A DNA stretch of 37,623 nucleotides from positions 1 through 37,623 of the forward strand of contig JBDKFG010000046.1 in the NCBI GenBank assembly GCA_039798785.1, given 5' to 3'. Source of the DNA: Verrucomicrobiota bacterium (GTDB lineage Bacteria > Verrucomicrobiota > Lentisphaeria > Lentisphaerales > Lentisphaeraceae). How positions within the stretch are numbered: position 1 is the first letter of the stretch; every line of letters starts with the position of its first letter. A model generated the notes under the pieces. The model was not told where the DNA came from and did not search any database. It saw nothing but the letters and a program-made list of their open reading frames with translations. Of the stretch, positions 18,391-27,425 are shown piece by piece. Position numbers and translations under genes: made by a program.

Positions 18391-18820
18391 GATTCCGGAA
18401 ATCCTCCTGGTCGACGACGACGACGCCATTTCGCGATTGATCGAGATGAACCTGCGCCGCAACGGACTGCTCAAGGTCTCCCGTGCCGCCAACGGCAGGC
18501 AAGGTCTCGAACAGCTCGAACAAATCGCCAGGCAAGGCCAGGAAGCCCACCTCGTCATCCTGCTGGACCTGCGTATGCCGGTGATGGACGGACTCGAAAT
18601 GCTCCGCCACCTCCGCGCCCAGCCGGGCCGCCGCCAGATCCCCGTCATCATCCTGACCACCTCGGATAATCCCGATGAAGCCGAGGAATGTTATGCAAGC
18701 GGATGTAGCTTCTTCATGCGCAAGCCGGTGGAGTACAAGCAATTCACCGAGAACGTCAAATCCCTGGCAGATTTCCTGAAATCCTGCCTGATCCCGAAAT
18801 TGAGGTCTCGCCATGACTGA
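18383..18820 (+). CDS. Single-domain response regulator (Rcp1-like)
   Basis: ILLVDDD, LLDLRMPVMDG, IPVIILTTS, RKP; overlaps the kinase stop. Confidence 0.92.
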   Translation: MAEIPEILLVDDDDAISRLIEMNLRRNGLLKVSRAANGRQGLEQLEQIARQGQEAHLVILLDLRMPVMDGLEMLRHLRAQPGRRQIPVIILTTSDNPDEAEECYASGCSFFMRKPVEYKQFTENVKSLADFLKSCLIPKLRSRHD

Positions 18821-20300
18821 GGAATGGGTGCTGATTGCCGAAGACGACCAGGCTCTCGCCGAACTCCTGCGGCGTCAGCTCGGCCGCGAAGCCTTGGCGG
18901 CGGAAGTCTGCCATCAGCCCCGCCAACTTTTCGAACTCCTCGAACGCCGCGGCCCGCCCACCCTCCTTTTGCTTGACTACCGCTTCGGCGACAGCGACGC
19001 GGAGCAGATCGTCCAGGAACTGCGCAGCAAGGACCAGCTCCCTCCTTTCTTCGTCGCCACCGGCATGGGCAGCGAACAGATCGCCGTCAACATGATGCGC
19101 CAAGGCGCCCGCGACTACCTGGTCAAGGACGCCTCCTTCCTCGGCAACATCGGCGCCGCCGTGCGTCGCTGCCTGGCCGACCTGCGCCGCGAAAAAGAGC
19201 TGGAGCAGATGCGCCGTGACCTCGCCGTCCGCAACGCCACTCTTTCCGGCATCGCCGAAGTCTCGCTCGACGGCATCCTCGCCGTCGACGCGGAGGGACG
19301 GCTGCTTTTTGTCAATCGCCGCATGGAGGAACTGTGGAAGCTGGGCCCCTTCGCGGCCGGCTGCAAGGCGCAAGAGATTTTCGAGCAGCTTGCCGACCAG
19401 CTCACCGAGCCCCGCCGCTTCCGGGCCTGGGTCGCCAACGTCGCTGCGCCGCTGGTCGCCGTCTCCGCCCGGCACGACGACCTGAGCAGCAGCGACGGCC
19501 GGATCTTCGAGCTCTACTCCACCCCGATGCTCAGGGATGACGGCATCGTTTTCGGCCGCGTCTGGTTCTTCCGCGACGTCAGCGCCGTCCGCCACGCCGC
19601 CAGAAGCCTAGCCCGGACCCTGGAGGCGAAAGTGGAGTTTCTCAACCATTTTTCGCACGAGGTCCGCACCCCGGTCAACGGCATCACAGGCTTTCTCGAA
19701 CTGCTTGCCGGGACTCAGATGGATCCTTTCCAGAAGGAGCTGATCGGCAACTTGCGCAGCGGCTGTGAACACCTGGTGCGCCTGATCAACGCCACTCTCG
19801 ACCTCGGAAGACTGGAAGCAGGCGCCCTGATTCTCGATCCGCAGCCTTTCATGCTCCGCCAGGAATTGGAAGCCTGCCTGCGACTGATCCATCCCCGTCC
19901 AGACGTATCGCTCCGTCTCGAAATGCAGGAAGATGACGCCCTGGTCCAGGGCGACAGCCTGCGGCTCGGACAAATCCTGGTCAATCTCCTCGGCAACGCC
20001 GCCAAATTCACCCACCAAGGAGAGATCGTCCTCCTCGCCAGCCGCGCAGAAACTGGGCGCTGGGCTTTCTCGGTGCGCGACACCGGCCCCGGCATCGACC
20101 TGGAACGTCAACAGGCGATCTTCGAAGCCTGGACTCAGGAGAAAAGCTCCACCGCCCGCACCCACGGAGGCTCCGGCCTGGGCCTGTCGATCTGCCTGCG
20201 CCTGGTCGATCTGATGGGGGGGCGCCTGCAGCTCCGGAGCGAAACCGGAAAAGGCTCGGACTTCTCTTTCACAGTGTCTCTCCCCGACGCGGAACTCTGA
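18813..20300 (+). CDS. Hybrid kinase REC-PAS-HisKA-HATPase
   Basis: LIAEDD, LLDY, GARDYLVK; PAS segment DGILAVD...GRVWFFRDVS; FSHEVRTP, NLLGNAAKFT, GGSGLGL. Confidence 0.92.
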   Translation: MTEEWVLIAEDDQALAELLRRQLGREALAAEVCHQPRQLFELLERRGPPTLLLLDYRFGDSDAEQIVQELRSKDQLPPFFVATGMGSEQIAVNMMRQGARDYLVKDASFLGNIGAAVRRCLADLRREKELEQMRRDLAVRNATLSGIAEVSLDGILAVDAEGRLLFVNRRMEELWKLGPFAAGCKAQEIFEQLADQLTEPRRFRAWVANVAAPLVAVSARHDDLSSSDGRIFELYSTPMLRDDGIVFGRVWFFRDVSAVRHAARSLARTLEAKVEFLNHFSHEVRTPVNGITGFLELLAGTQMDPFQKELIGNLRSGCEHLVRLINATLDLGRLEAGALILDPQPFMLRQELEACLRLIHPRPDVSLRLEMQEDDALVQGDSLRLGQILVNLLGNAAKFTHQGEIVLLASRAETGRWAFSVRDTGPGIDLERQQAIFEAWTQEKSSTARTHGGSGLGLSICLRLVDLMGGRLQLRSETGKGSDFSFTVSLPDAEL

Positions 20301-20309
20301 ACCCATCCG

Positions 20310-21722
20310 ATGCTAAGCACAGCAGCCTCAGCCTCCTTGCTCCGAGTGATCGCCATGGGCACGGCTTTTGCTGCCGGACTGGCCTACCGGGTGCCCTACA
20401 TGATACCCCTCTATCTGCTGGCCTTCGGCGGCTTCCTCGCCTTTCTCAGCCGTGCCGAAGCCGAAGGGCGGGAAGCGAAAGCATTGCGCCGGGCCATTCT
20501 CCTGCACGCCTTCGCCTTCGCCGCCTGCCGCATGCTAGGCGTCATCCTCACGCCGGCAGTGCTGCTCATCCTTTTCCTCTTTGCCCTCGTCCAGAGCCTG
20601 CTCCTTGCTTATTTATGGCTCCAGCTGCGCCGCCGTCTCTCGGCAACTCCGCTCCTGCTGATTCCCGCTTTCGCCGCGGCGGCGCTGCTGCTCGACGCGG
20701 GGCTCCTGGCTGCCGTACCGCTGTTCGGCCAGGCCCAGAGCCTCGCTCTGCCTTGGATCGAATACGGCCCTGCCCTCGGCCTGGTGCGCCATTTCGGCCA
20801 GGGCTTCGCCGTCATTTTCGCCTTCGCCTGGGTGGCGATCGCCGCCCTCGCCTTCCTCGGCCAGGCCGGCCGCAAAACCTTTGCTGTCGCACTGCTTCTC
20901 AGCCTTGTTCTCGCTCTGCTCGGACGCCTGGGGATCGAACCGGATGGACGGACACTCAGACTTGCCGGCCTCGGCGGCGGCAGCCAGGCCCTGGCAAGGC
21001 TGACTTCCCCCGACATCGCCAGGCTCCTGGAAGGATTTCAAGGCAGCCCCCAGCAATCCTGCATCGTGGTTCTGCCAGAGCTGTTCACCAGCCGCGACTC
21101 CCTTCCTTCAGCTCAAGACCTGGCCTTGCGGCAGCTCGCCCGCGACCGCCGCCTCATCCTCGCCTGGGGTTACGGCGATCTGGCCGGCCGCCGCAACGCC
21201 CTCGAGCTCTGTGCGGAGGGAGAGGTGCTGGGGACTTATTTCAAGCATCATCTCGTCCCAGGCATCGAAGACGGCGTCTACGACAAAGGCAGCGGCGGCC
21301 CGCTGCGACTTGAAAGCTCCGGACTGCGCCTCGGTGCGGTCATCTGCCAGGACGACAACTACGCCGGCTTTGTCCGACTGGCCAGCAAACCCGGTCTCGA
21401 CCTGCTGCTGGTCCCGACCCTGGATTGGCCGGGAGTGGCCAAGGAGCATCTCGATTCGATGCGTTGGCGCTGTCTCGAAAACGGCATCGTGGCCCTGCGC
21501 GGCGCGCGTGGCGGCTTCTCCGCAGTGATTGACGCCGACGGCAAAGTGAAGGCGGAATTCGACGGACGCCGCGGCGAGGTCGGACTTGCTCAGTCCGAAA
21601 TCTCACTCGAGCAGCGGACTTCGCTGTGGCGCCGCGGAGGCCCCTGGCCCTTGCTCCTGCTCTCGCTCCTGATGCTGACCGGCTGCCTGCTTTTGCATCC
21701 TCATCCGCCAAAGAAGGCCTGA
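20310..21722 (+). CDS. Apolipoprotein N-acyltransferase-like protein (membrane domain plus nitrilase fold)
   Basis: Multiple TM helices; E-K-C triad in VVLPE, YFKHHLVP, VICQD. Confidence 0.8.
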   Translation: MLSTAASASLLRVIAMGTAFAAGLAYRVPYMIPLYLLAFGGFLAFLSRAEAEGREAKALRRAILLHAFAFAACRMLGVILTPAVLLILFLFALVQSLLLAYLWLQLRRRLSATPLLLIPAFAAAALLLDAGLLAAVPLFGQAQSLALPWIEYGPALGLVRHFGQGFAVIFAFAWVAIAALAFLGQAGRKTFAVALLLSLVLALLGRLGIEPDGRTLRLAGLGGGSQALARLTSPDIARLLEGFQGSPQQSCIVVLPELFTSRDSLPSAQDLALRQLARDRRLILAWGYGDLAGRRNALELCAEGEVLGTYFKHHLVPGIEDGVYDKGSGGPLRLESSGLRLGAVICQDDNYAGFVRLASKPGLDLLLVPTLDWPGVAKEHLDSMRWRCLENGIVALRGARGGFSAVIDADGKVKAEFDGRRGEVGLAQSEISLEQRTSLWRRGGPWPLLLLSLLMLTGCLLLHPHPPKKA

Positions 21723-21806
21723 TGAGAGGCGAGAAACGCCTATCCGACTGGTGCCTTTCCTGACCTGCTGTATCCTTGCAGCAGAATCAATCCAAGGACT
21801 AGGCTG

Positions 21807-22796
21807 ATGACCCCCAAAACCTCTCTCAAAAGACTGGCCGAACTGGCAGGCGTGAGCCCGAGCACGGCGAGCGCCGTCTTCAACGGCAAGGCGGAGGCAT
21901 TGCGGATCGCCCCAGCGACCATAGCCCGCATCCAGGAAGTGGCAGCACGCGAAGGTTACCGGGCTTGTCCTATGGCCCGCAGCCTACGGACTGGTCGCAG
22001 CGAGACCATAGGACTGGTCGTCCCCCACATCTCAAACCCCTTTTTCGCCGAATTGATCGAAGGGGTAGAAGAGGTCGCCCGCAGCAAAGGCTTTCAGATT
22101 CTCATCGTCGATTCCTCGGAAGATCCCGAGATCGAAATCGAGGCGGTGCAGAACCTGATCGCCCGCAACGTCGACGGCCTGATCATCGCCAGCATCCTGC
22201 CGGCGGAACGCTGGCTCGAACACCGCCCCCGAGGCACGCCGCTGGTCTTCGTCGACCGCGAAATCCCCGGGATCGAAGCTTCCTCCGTGGCCACCGACGC
22301 CTACGCGGCAGCGCAAGAGGCCTGCGCCTTACTCCTTGAGAAATCCCGTGACATCCTCTACCTCGGCCGGCGCCCCGACAACTCGTCAAACCGTCACCGA
22401 TTCCAAGGCTACCTGGCGGCGCTTGAGGCCGCCGGCCTCCCCGTGCGCCAGGAATGGATCCTGCACGGCGACGACCATCAGGAAGCGGGGGAATCGATGA
22501 TGCGTGACTGGCTGGACCGACATCAGCGGCCTCCGCCTGCGCTGTTCTGTTCCAGCCTCGGCCATCTCCGCGGCGGACTGAAAGCCCTGAAATCACGCTT
22601 CGGCGATCTGCCGCGGGAGATGGCGGTAGCGACTTTCGACAACGATGCCAATCTCGACTTCTATGTCATTCCGGTCCTCAGCATCCAGCAGGATTGCCAG
22701 GGCATCGGCGCCCGGGCGGTGGAACTGCTCCTCGCCAAGGAGGATTCCGGGACCTGTCGCGACCTCCGCCTTCCCGCACGGCTGATCCGGCGCTGA
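21807..22796 (+). CDS. LacI-family transcriptional regulator
   Basis: SLKRLAELAGVSPSTASAVFNG, ARSLRTGRSETIGLVVP, NPFF. Confidence 0.93.
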   Translation: MTPKTSLKRLAELAGVSPSTASAVFNGKAEALRIAPATIARIQEVAAREGYRACPMARSLRTGRSETIGLVVPHISNPFFAELIEGVEEVARSKGFQILIVDSSEDPEIEIEAVQNLIARNVDGLIIASILPAERWLEHRPRGTPLVFVDREIPGIEASSVATDAYAAAQEACALLLEKSRDILYLGRRPDNSSNRHRFQGYLAALEAAGLPVRQEWILHGDDHQEAGESMMRDWLDRHQRPPPALFCSSLGHLRGGLKALKSRFGDLPREMAVATFDNDANLDFYVIPVLSIQQDCQGIGARAVELLLAKEDSGTCRDLRLPARLIRR

Positions 22797-22880
22797 CCGG
22801 GGGGAAGATCGCATCTTCGGCTTTCAAGATCCCTCTCAGCGGCTAGGCTGAAGTCCATCCACCCTGCCAAGGAGAATCCG

Positions 22881-24083
22881 ATGCGCCTGCTCTTCCTGCC
22901 CCTGCTGCTGCTCAGCTCTTCTTGCTCCTGGAATGGACGCCCAGCCCTCGCCGAAGGAGTCGTGGAAGTCGCCACCACCCGTCCCCAGGATGATCTCGAC
23001 TGGCGGCCCCTACTGGAAAAGGATTCGATGGGAGCTCTTCGCGACTGGCGACAGGTCAACTGTGCCGCAGGCACCTTCCGCTTTGTCAAAAGCGAAGACG
23101 GCGCGGATGTCGTCGAGTGCAGCGGCCGGCCGAGCGGAGTCCTCCGCAGCGCCGAGGTCTATGAAAATTTCGTCTGCGAATTCGAATGGCGCCATTTCGA
23201 CCGTCGGGGGATGGAGGCCAACGCCGGCTTCTTCATCTGGTCCGACGCGCTGCCCGCGCTCGGCGAACCGTTCCCCCGCGCGATCGAAATCCAAGTCTGC
23301 AATTTCGATCACAACACCGACTGGTACAGCCGCCATGGAGACGTCTTCGCGATTCACGGCTCGCGACTGACGCCTGATCCGCGATTCGCCATCTGGCGGC
23401 GCGGGATGCGCTCCCTCCCGCTGGAGTTCCGCGCCAAGCCGACAGGTGAGTGGAATCATTACCGGATCACGGCGATCGACGGCGTGATCCAGCTCGAAGT
23501 CAACGGCAAGCTGGTCTCCGGCGGCTACCAAGCTTCGCCAAGGCAAGGGCATCTGATGCTCGAGAGCGAAGGCGGGCGGGTGCAATTCCGCAAAATGAAG
23601 ATCCTCCGCCTTCCCTCGGATCCCCGCGGCCTCGCTCCCTCGGAAAAAGCCGCGACCCTCGACGCCGCGGTCCGGGTCCGTCCCCTCTTCGCCGGAAATC
23701 TCGACGACTGGGACTCCAACGGCTCCTGGAAGGCTGAGGTCTGGCTCCTCAGCCCCGAGAAAGACGCCGCCGAGATCAGCCGCGCCCTGCCTGAAGGAGA
23801 CGCATCCTTACGACTTGATTTCCATCTTCAAGAAGCTGGAGGCCGCCTTCCCTTCCACCTCGCTCTTCCCGGCTGGCCGCAAGAACTCCCGATCACTTCA
23901 GGATGGCACCGTGCCGAATTGCAGTTGCGTGGTGGCGACTGGGAGCTGATCCTCGACGGCCGCTCGGTCGCCTGGGGACGGGAGGCCGCCGGCCCGCGCA
24001 GCCTCAGCCTGTCGCCCAACCCGCCCCTGACGCGCTTTGCCTCTCTCCTCTGGGTATACGGACGTGACCCACTGCAGCCTTAA
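22881..24083 (+). CDS. DUF1080 (3-keto-glycoside hydrolase-like) lipoprotein
   Basis: Lipoprotein-like signal MRLLFLPLLLLSSSC; YENF..EFEW, NAG, IEIQ, GEWNHY, VNG, G...LESEG..VQFR. Confidence 0.8.
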   Translation: MRLLFLPLLLLSSSCSWNGRPALAEGVVEVATTRPQDDLDWRPLLEKDSMGALRDWRQVNCAAGTFRFVKSEDGADVVECSGRPSGVLRSAEVYENFVCEFEWRHFDRRGMEANAGFFIWSDALPALGEPFPRAIEIQVCNFDHNTDWYSRHGDVFAIHGSRLTPDPRFAIWRRGMRSLPLEFRAKPTGEWNHYRITAIDGVIQLEVNGKLVSGGYQASPRQGHLMLESEGGRVQFRKMKILRLPSDPRGLAPSEKAATLDAAVRVRPLFAGNLDDWDSNGSWKAEVWLLSPEKDAAEISRALPEGDASLRLDFHLQEAGGRLPFHLALPGWPQELPITSGWHRAELQLRGGDWELILDGRSVAWGREAAGPRSLSLSPNPPLTRFASLLWVYGRDPLQP

Positions 24084-24084
24084 A

Positions 24085-24806
24085 CCTAGAAAACACAGCC
24101 TGTGAGACTTGTGAGTTGAAAGATTGAAACGCAAGACATTGAGCATCAGGAAAAAAAGCAAGGACTATGATCTCCGCACAAGTCAGGAGCGACTCAATGC
24201 AGAAGCCTGACATGGTGCTTCCGTTTTGTTCTTACAGATTGCTGCTGCAGCTCTATCTTCCAATCACTCAACCTAGATTCCGAGTCTGTGTCCGATGCGA
24301 CTCAACCCTCCTCCTCCTGAAGAACCACCCAAGACGTTGGTGACATGCTGCTATGAACCTAAAAACCGCAGTAGAGGAGTGGAACCGGGTTGAAAGGTTG
24401 AAAGATTGAAACGCAAGCACATGAACATTTCAACCTTTCAACCTTGCAACTGCGGTTTTTAGGATGAAGCTTTTTGCGTCAATGAGGTCATCGATCAGAG
24501 CTCGATTGAAACTCCGCAGCACCAAAAACAAAAGAAGCCGCATACGCTCGCTTGAGCGCTTTTTGCGGATGACTCAGACGGGAGTGCTCGCGGTCGCCCA
24601 GCTCAAGCAGCAGAGTCTGTTCGAGCCCGCCGCGGCAGCGCCGCGCAAGCATGCTGCTCGCGCCGTAGACATGCCGCTGAGGAAGGGGTGGTTTTCCCGA
24701 GTTCAAAATCCGCAACGCACGTCAAGGGGACTGGGCTAAAATCCGCAACTCCTTCGAAGTTAACTCAACTGAGCTCAGATAAGCCCAGCTGCGGAATCAA
24801 TCTAGG
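24085..24806. mobile_element. Composite non-autonomous element (copy C) with TTAAA target duplication
   Basis: Ends CCTAGAAAACACAG and CTGCGGAATCAATCTAGG; TTAAA at 24080-24084 and 24807-24811; left arm homologous to copy A; extra end-like motifs at 24272 and 24735. Confidence 0.6.
24358..24463. mobile_element. 106-bp MITE (copy B) nested in copy C
   Basis: Perfect 15-bp TIRs CCTAAAAACCGCAGT/ACTGCGGTTTTTAGG; ATGAA on both sides; internal perfect 16-bp inverted repeat 24388-24403/24428-24443. Confidence 0.85.
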
Positions 24807-24850
24807 TTAAAGAATGGCGGCGGATTGCAAGTGCCATTCCGGTGAACAGC

Positions 24851-24880
24851 AAAAGACGCCCTCCTTCAGGGGGGGCGTCT
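24851..24880 (-). terminator. Terminator downstream of hpf
   Basis: AGACGCCCTCC-TTCA-GGGGGGGCGTCT stem followed by Ts on the minus strand. Confidence 0.7.
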
Positions 24881-24983
24881 CGCTTTCTCATGGCCCGACT
24901 GCTTGTCTCAAGCGCTTGTCCGAAGCGGTCGTTTCAGAGGCTTTCAGCCGGAGATCTCAGAGCTGCTTAGGGGAGAGCGTCGT

Positions 24984-25328
24984 TCATTCAGCTTCGACTC
25001 GAGTGGTTTCAGCTTCGACCTCGCCAAGGTGCTTTGCTTTGTGATTATGATGGAAGGTTTCCACTCTTTTTTCCAGTTGCCGATCAAGTCTCTCGACGGC
25101 GAGGGCGATGGATTTGTACATATCGTCCGTCTCCGCGTGCGCATCCAGATTGACTTTGTTGCCATGAAGGATGATTTCGCATTTGCAGTGACCTTTGTTC
25201 GAGCTCAGCACGACTTCCGCTTTGTTCAGTTTCGGATAAGAGACCTTCATGCTATTGAGGTTGGATTCGACGCTCTCACGAAGGGCGGGGGTAAGATCCA
25301 TGTGGCGGGCGGAGACGATGATTTCCAT
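24984..25328 (-). CDS. hpf: Ribosome hibernation factor (HPF/RaiA)
   Basis: MEIIVSARHMDLTPALRE...DMYKSIALAVERLDRQLEK. Confidence 0.93.
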   Translation of the reverse strand: MEIIVSARHMDLTPALRESVESNLNSMKVSYPKLNKAEVVLSSNKGHCKCEIILHGNKVNLDAHAETDDMYKSIALAVERLDRQLEKRVETFHHNHKAKHLGEVEAETTRVEAE

Positions 25329-25519
25329 GGTGCTCTTCCTTATTTCTCTGTGGGGGGGCTTCTGGATTTTCCTTCGCCTCTCCCCACTCCAAGATACATC
25401 CGAAGGGATCGGCACCGCAAGAGGAAACCTGATCTTTTTAAGATCAAAAAAACCTCTCTGCGGCTTTGAGCATAAAGCCGGAAGAGGGTATCTTGTGGGA
25501 AAATGGAGTTCCAGCCCGC

Positions 25520-27412
25520 ATGGATACCGCCAACGAAGACGAGATGAGCCGGCTCACCCGCGAGCTCAAGGACGGAGACACCGGCCGCTCCTTGAAGATC
25601 AACAAAGTCATCGCCAAGGGCGGCATGGGCGTGGTCTACGAGGTCACCGACCGCAGCATCCGCCGCGGCGTCGCGATGAAAGTCCTCCACGATCATCTCG
25701 CCCACGACGCCGGCCAGTGCCGCGCCTTCGTCGAGGAGGCCCGCATCACCGGTCAGCTGGAACACCCCAACATCGTCCCGGTTCACTCCCTCGGCATCAA
25801 TGACGAAGGCAAGCCCTTCTTCACGATGAAATACGTCGAAGGCGACCCGCTGTCGGAGATCATCGAGCACATCAAGAGCGGCGATCCCGCCTTTACCGAG
25901 TACTACACCACATTCAAGCTCCTTTCGGTCTTCCGCAAGGTCCTTGACGCCGTCGCCTACGCCCACGCCCGCGGCATTGTCCACCGCGACATCAAGCCGG
26001 CCAACATCATGATCGGCTCTTACGGTGAAGTGATGCTGATGGACTGGGGCATCGCCAAAGTTCTGGACGGCCCCGAGGAAGTGGTCACCGACAGCACCGT
26101 CAGCTACCGCCCAGAACGCCTCGACGAAACCCTCGCCGGCCTAGTCAAGGGCTCCCCCGCCTACATGTCGCCTGAACAATCTCTCGGCGACTCCTCGCTC
26201 TACGACCGCCGCTCCGACATCTTCCTTCTGGGTTCCACCCTCTACCACTTGATGACCCTCAAGCCACCCTACGACGGCGTCAGTCTCGAAACCATGGTCT
26301 ACATGGCGGAGCACTGCGACTACGTGCCTCCGCAAGAAGCCGCCGCCGACCGGATGCTGCCCGAAGAACTCTGCCACATCATCGTCAAGGCGATGGCGCC
26401 CGAGAAAGAACGTCGCTACCAGAGCGTCGAAGAGCTGGCCACCGCCATCGACCGACTGATGTCCGGCCAGGCGATCTCCCAGAAACACCAGTTTAAAAGC
26501 GGCGAAGACATCATCCGACATGGCGACACCGGGCATGAAGCCTATGTCATCATCGAAGGGGAAGTCGAAGTCCATAAACGCATCGGCGGGAAGAAGACAG
26601 TCTTCACCCGACTCCATCGCGGCGATGTCTTCGGCGAGATGGCTCTGATCTCCGACGAGCTCCGCTCCGCCACGGTCACCGCTTTGGTCGACACGACCTG
26701 CATGGTCATCACTCCGGAGACCTTGCAGCAGCAGATGAATCTGATTCCGCCCTGGTTCGGCAAGATCGTCACCGCCTTGACCAAGCGTCTCCGCGCCATG
26801 GACAACTTGGTCCATCCGCTTCTGGCTTCCGACTGCACATTCGAAGTCTGCAACCAGGCACGCCTCTACTCCATCGCCCACGGCACCATCAATGAAAAGC
26901 GCCAGGTCGAAGTCCCCCTCGCGGACCTGGTCTACGAGATCTCGAACAATCTCAAAATCCCCGAGGAGCGCATCCGCCCGATCCTCGCCGGACTGGTCGA
27001 AATCGGTCTCTGCTGCATCACCGACAAACTCTGCCTCGTCTTCATCAACTACAACCTGTTCTGCGACTTCTCGGATTTCTGCAAAAATGCGCCGAGGCTC
27101 TCCAACACCTCGACTCGCGCCATCTCCAGCGTCGAAATCCACCGGGTCTACACCGATGGGGTTTCAGTGGTCCATCGCCACCTCCGCACCACACCCTCCG
27201 AGCCCGTCCCGGCTTTCGGCCAGCTCCGCGCCATCAAGGATGAAATGCCCCAGGAGCAGGCGGATGCCTTCCGCCGCGACTTCCGCCAACATCTGAACGT
27301 CGTCCAACAGTACGCCACCAAGGCGGAACAAACTCAAAGAGCCTACTTCAACAGCAAGGTCCGCAAGGTCCAGCTGGCGCCTACAGCCCCCAAGCCGCAG
27401 CAACCAGGTTGA
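25520..27412 (+). CDS. Hanks-type Ser/Thr kinase with a cyclic-nucleotide-binding domain
   Basis: KGGMGVVY, VAMK, HRDIKPAN, MDWG, GSPAYMSPEQ; cNMP cassette FGEMALISDELRSATV. Confidence 0.92.
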   Translation: MDTANEDEMSRLTRELKDGDTGRSLKINKVIAKGGMGVVYEVTDRSIRRGVAMKVLHDHLAHDAGQCRAFVEEARITGQLEHPNIVPVHSLGINDEGKPFFTMKYVEGDPLSEIIEHIKSGDPAFTEYYTTFKLLSVFRKVLDAVAYAHARGIVHRDIKPANIMIGSYGEVMLMDWGIAKVLDGPEEVVTDSTVSYRPERLDETLAGLVKGSPAYMSPEQSLGDSSLYDRRSDIFLLGSTLYHLMTLKPPYDGVSLETMVYMAEHCDYVPPQEAAADRMLPEELCHIIVKAMAPEKERRYQSVEELATAIDRLMSGQAISQKHQFKSGEDIIRHGDTGHEAYVIIEGEVEVHKRIGGKKTVFTRLHRGDVFGEMALISDELRSATVTALVDTTCMVITPETLQQQMNLIPPWFGKIVTALTKRLRAMDNLVHPLLASDCTFEVCNQARLYSIAHGTINEKRQVEVPLADLVYEISNNLKIPEERIRPILAGLVEIGLCCITDKLCLVFINYNLFCDFSDFCKNAPRLSNTSTRAISSVEIHRVYTDGVSVVHRHLRTTPSEPVPAFGQLRAIKDEMPQEQADAFRRDFRQHLNVVQQYATKAEQTQRAYFNSKVRKVQLAPTAPKPQQPG

Positions 27413-27425
27413 ACCGCAGAAATCA

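Noticed and set aside
24358..24463. Idea that the MITEs are REPINs mobilised by the RAYT-like protein
   Set aside because: TIRs ending in CC/GG with 5-bp duplications point to a DDE transposase. The ends lack the GTAG-plus-hairpin REP structure, and no copy flanks the RAYT gene on the visible side.
24085..24806. CRISPR array or integron attC array
   Set aside because: No regularly spaced direct repeats with unique spacers, no cas or intI genes, and no convincing RYYYAAC/GTTRRRY cassette structure
27408..27425. TTGAACCGCAG at the kinase stop, and similar fragments near 4187 and 34555, as MITE remnants
   Set aside because: Matches are too short and have no paired end or duplicated target
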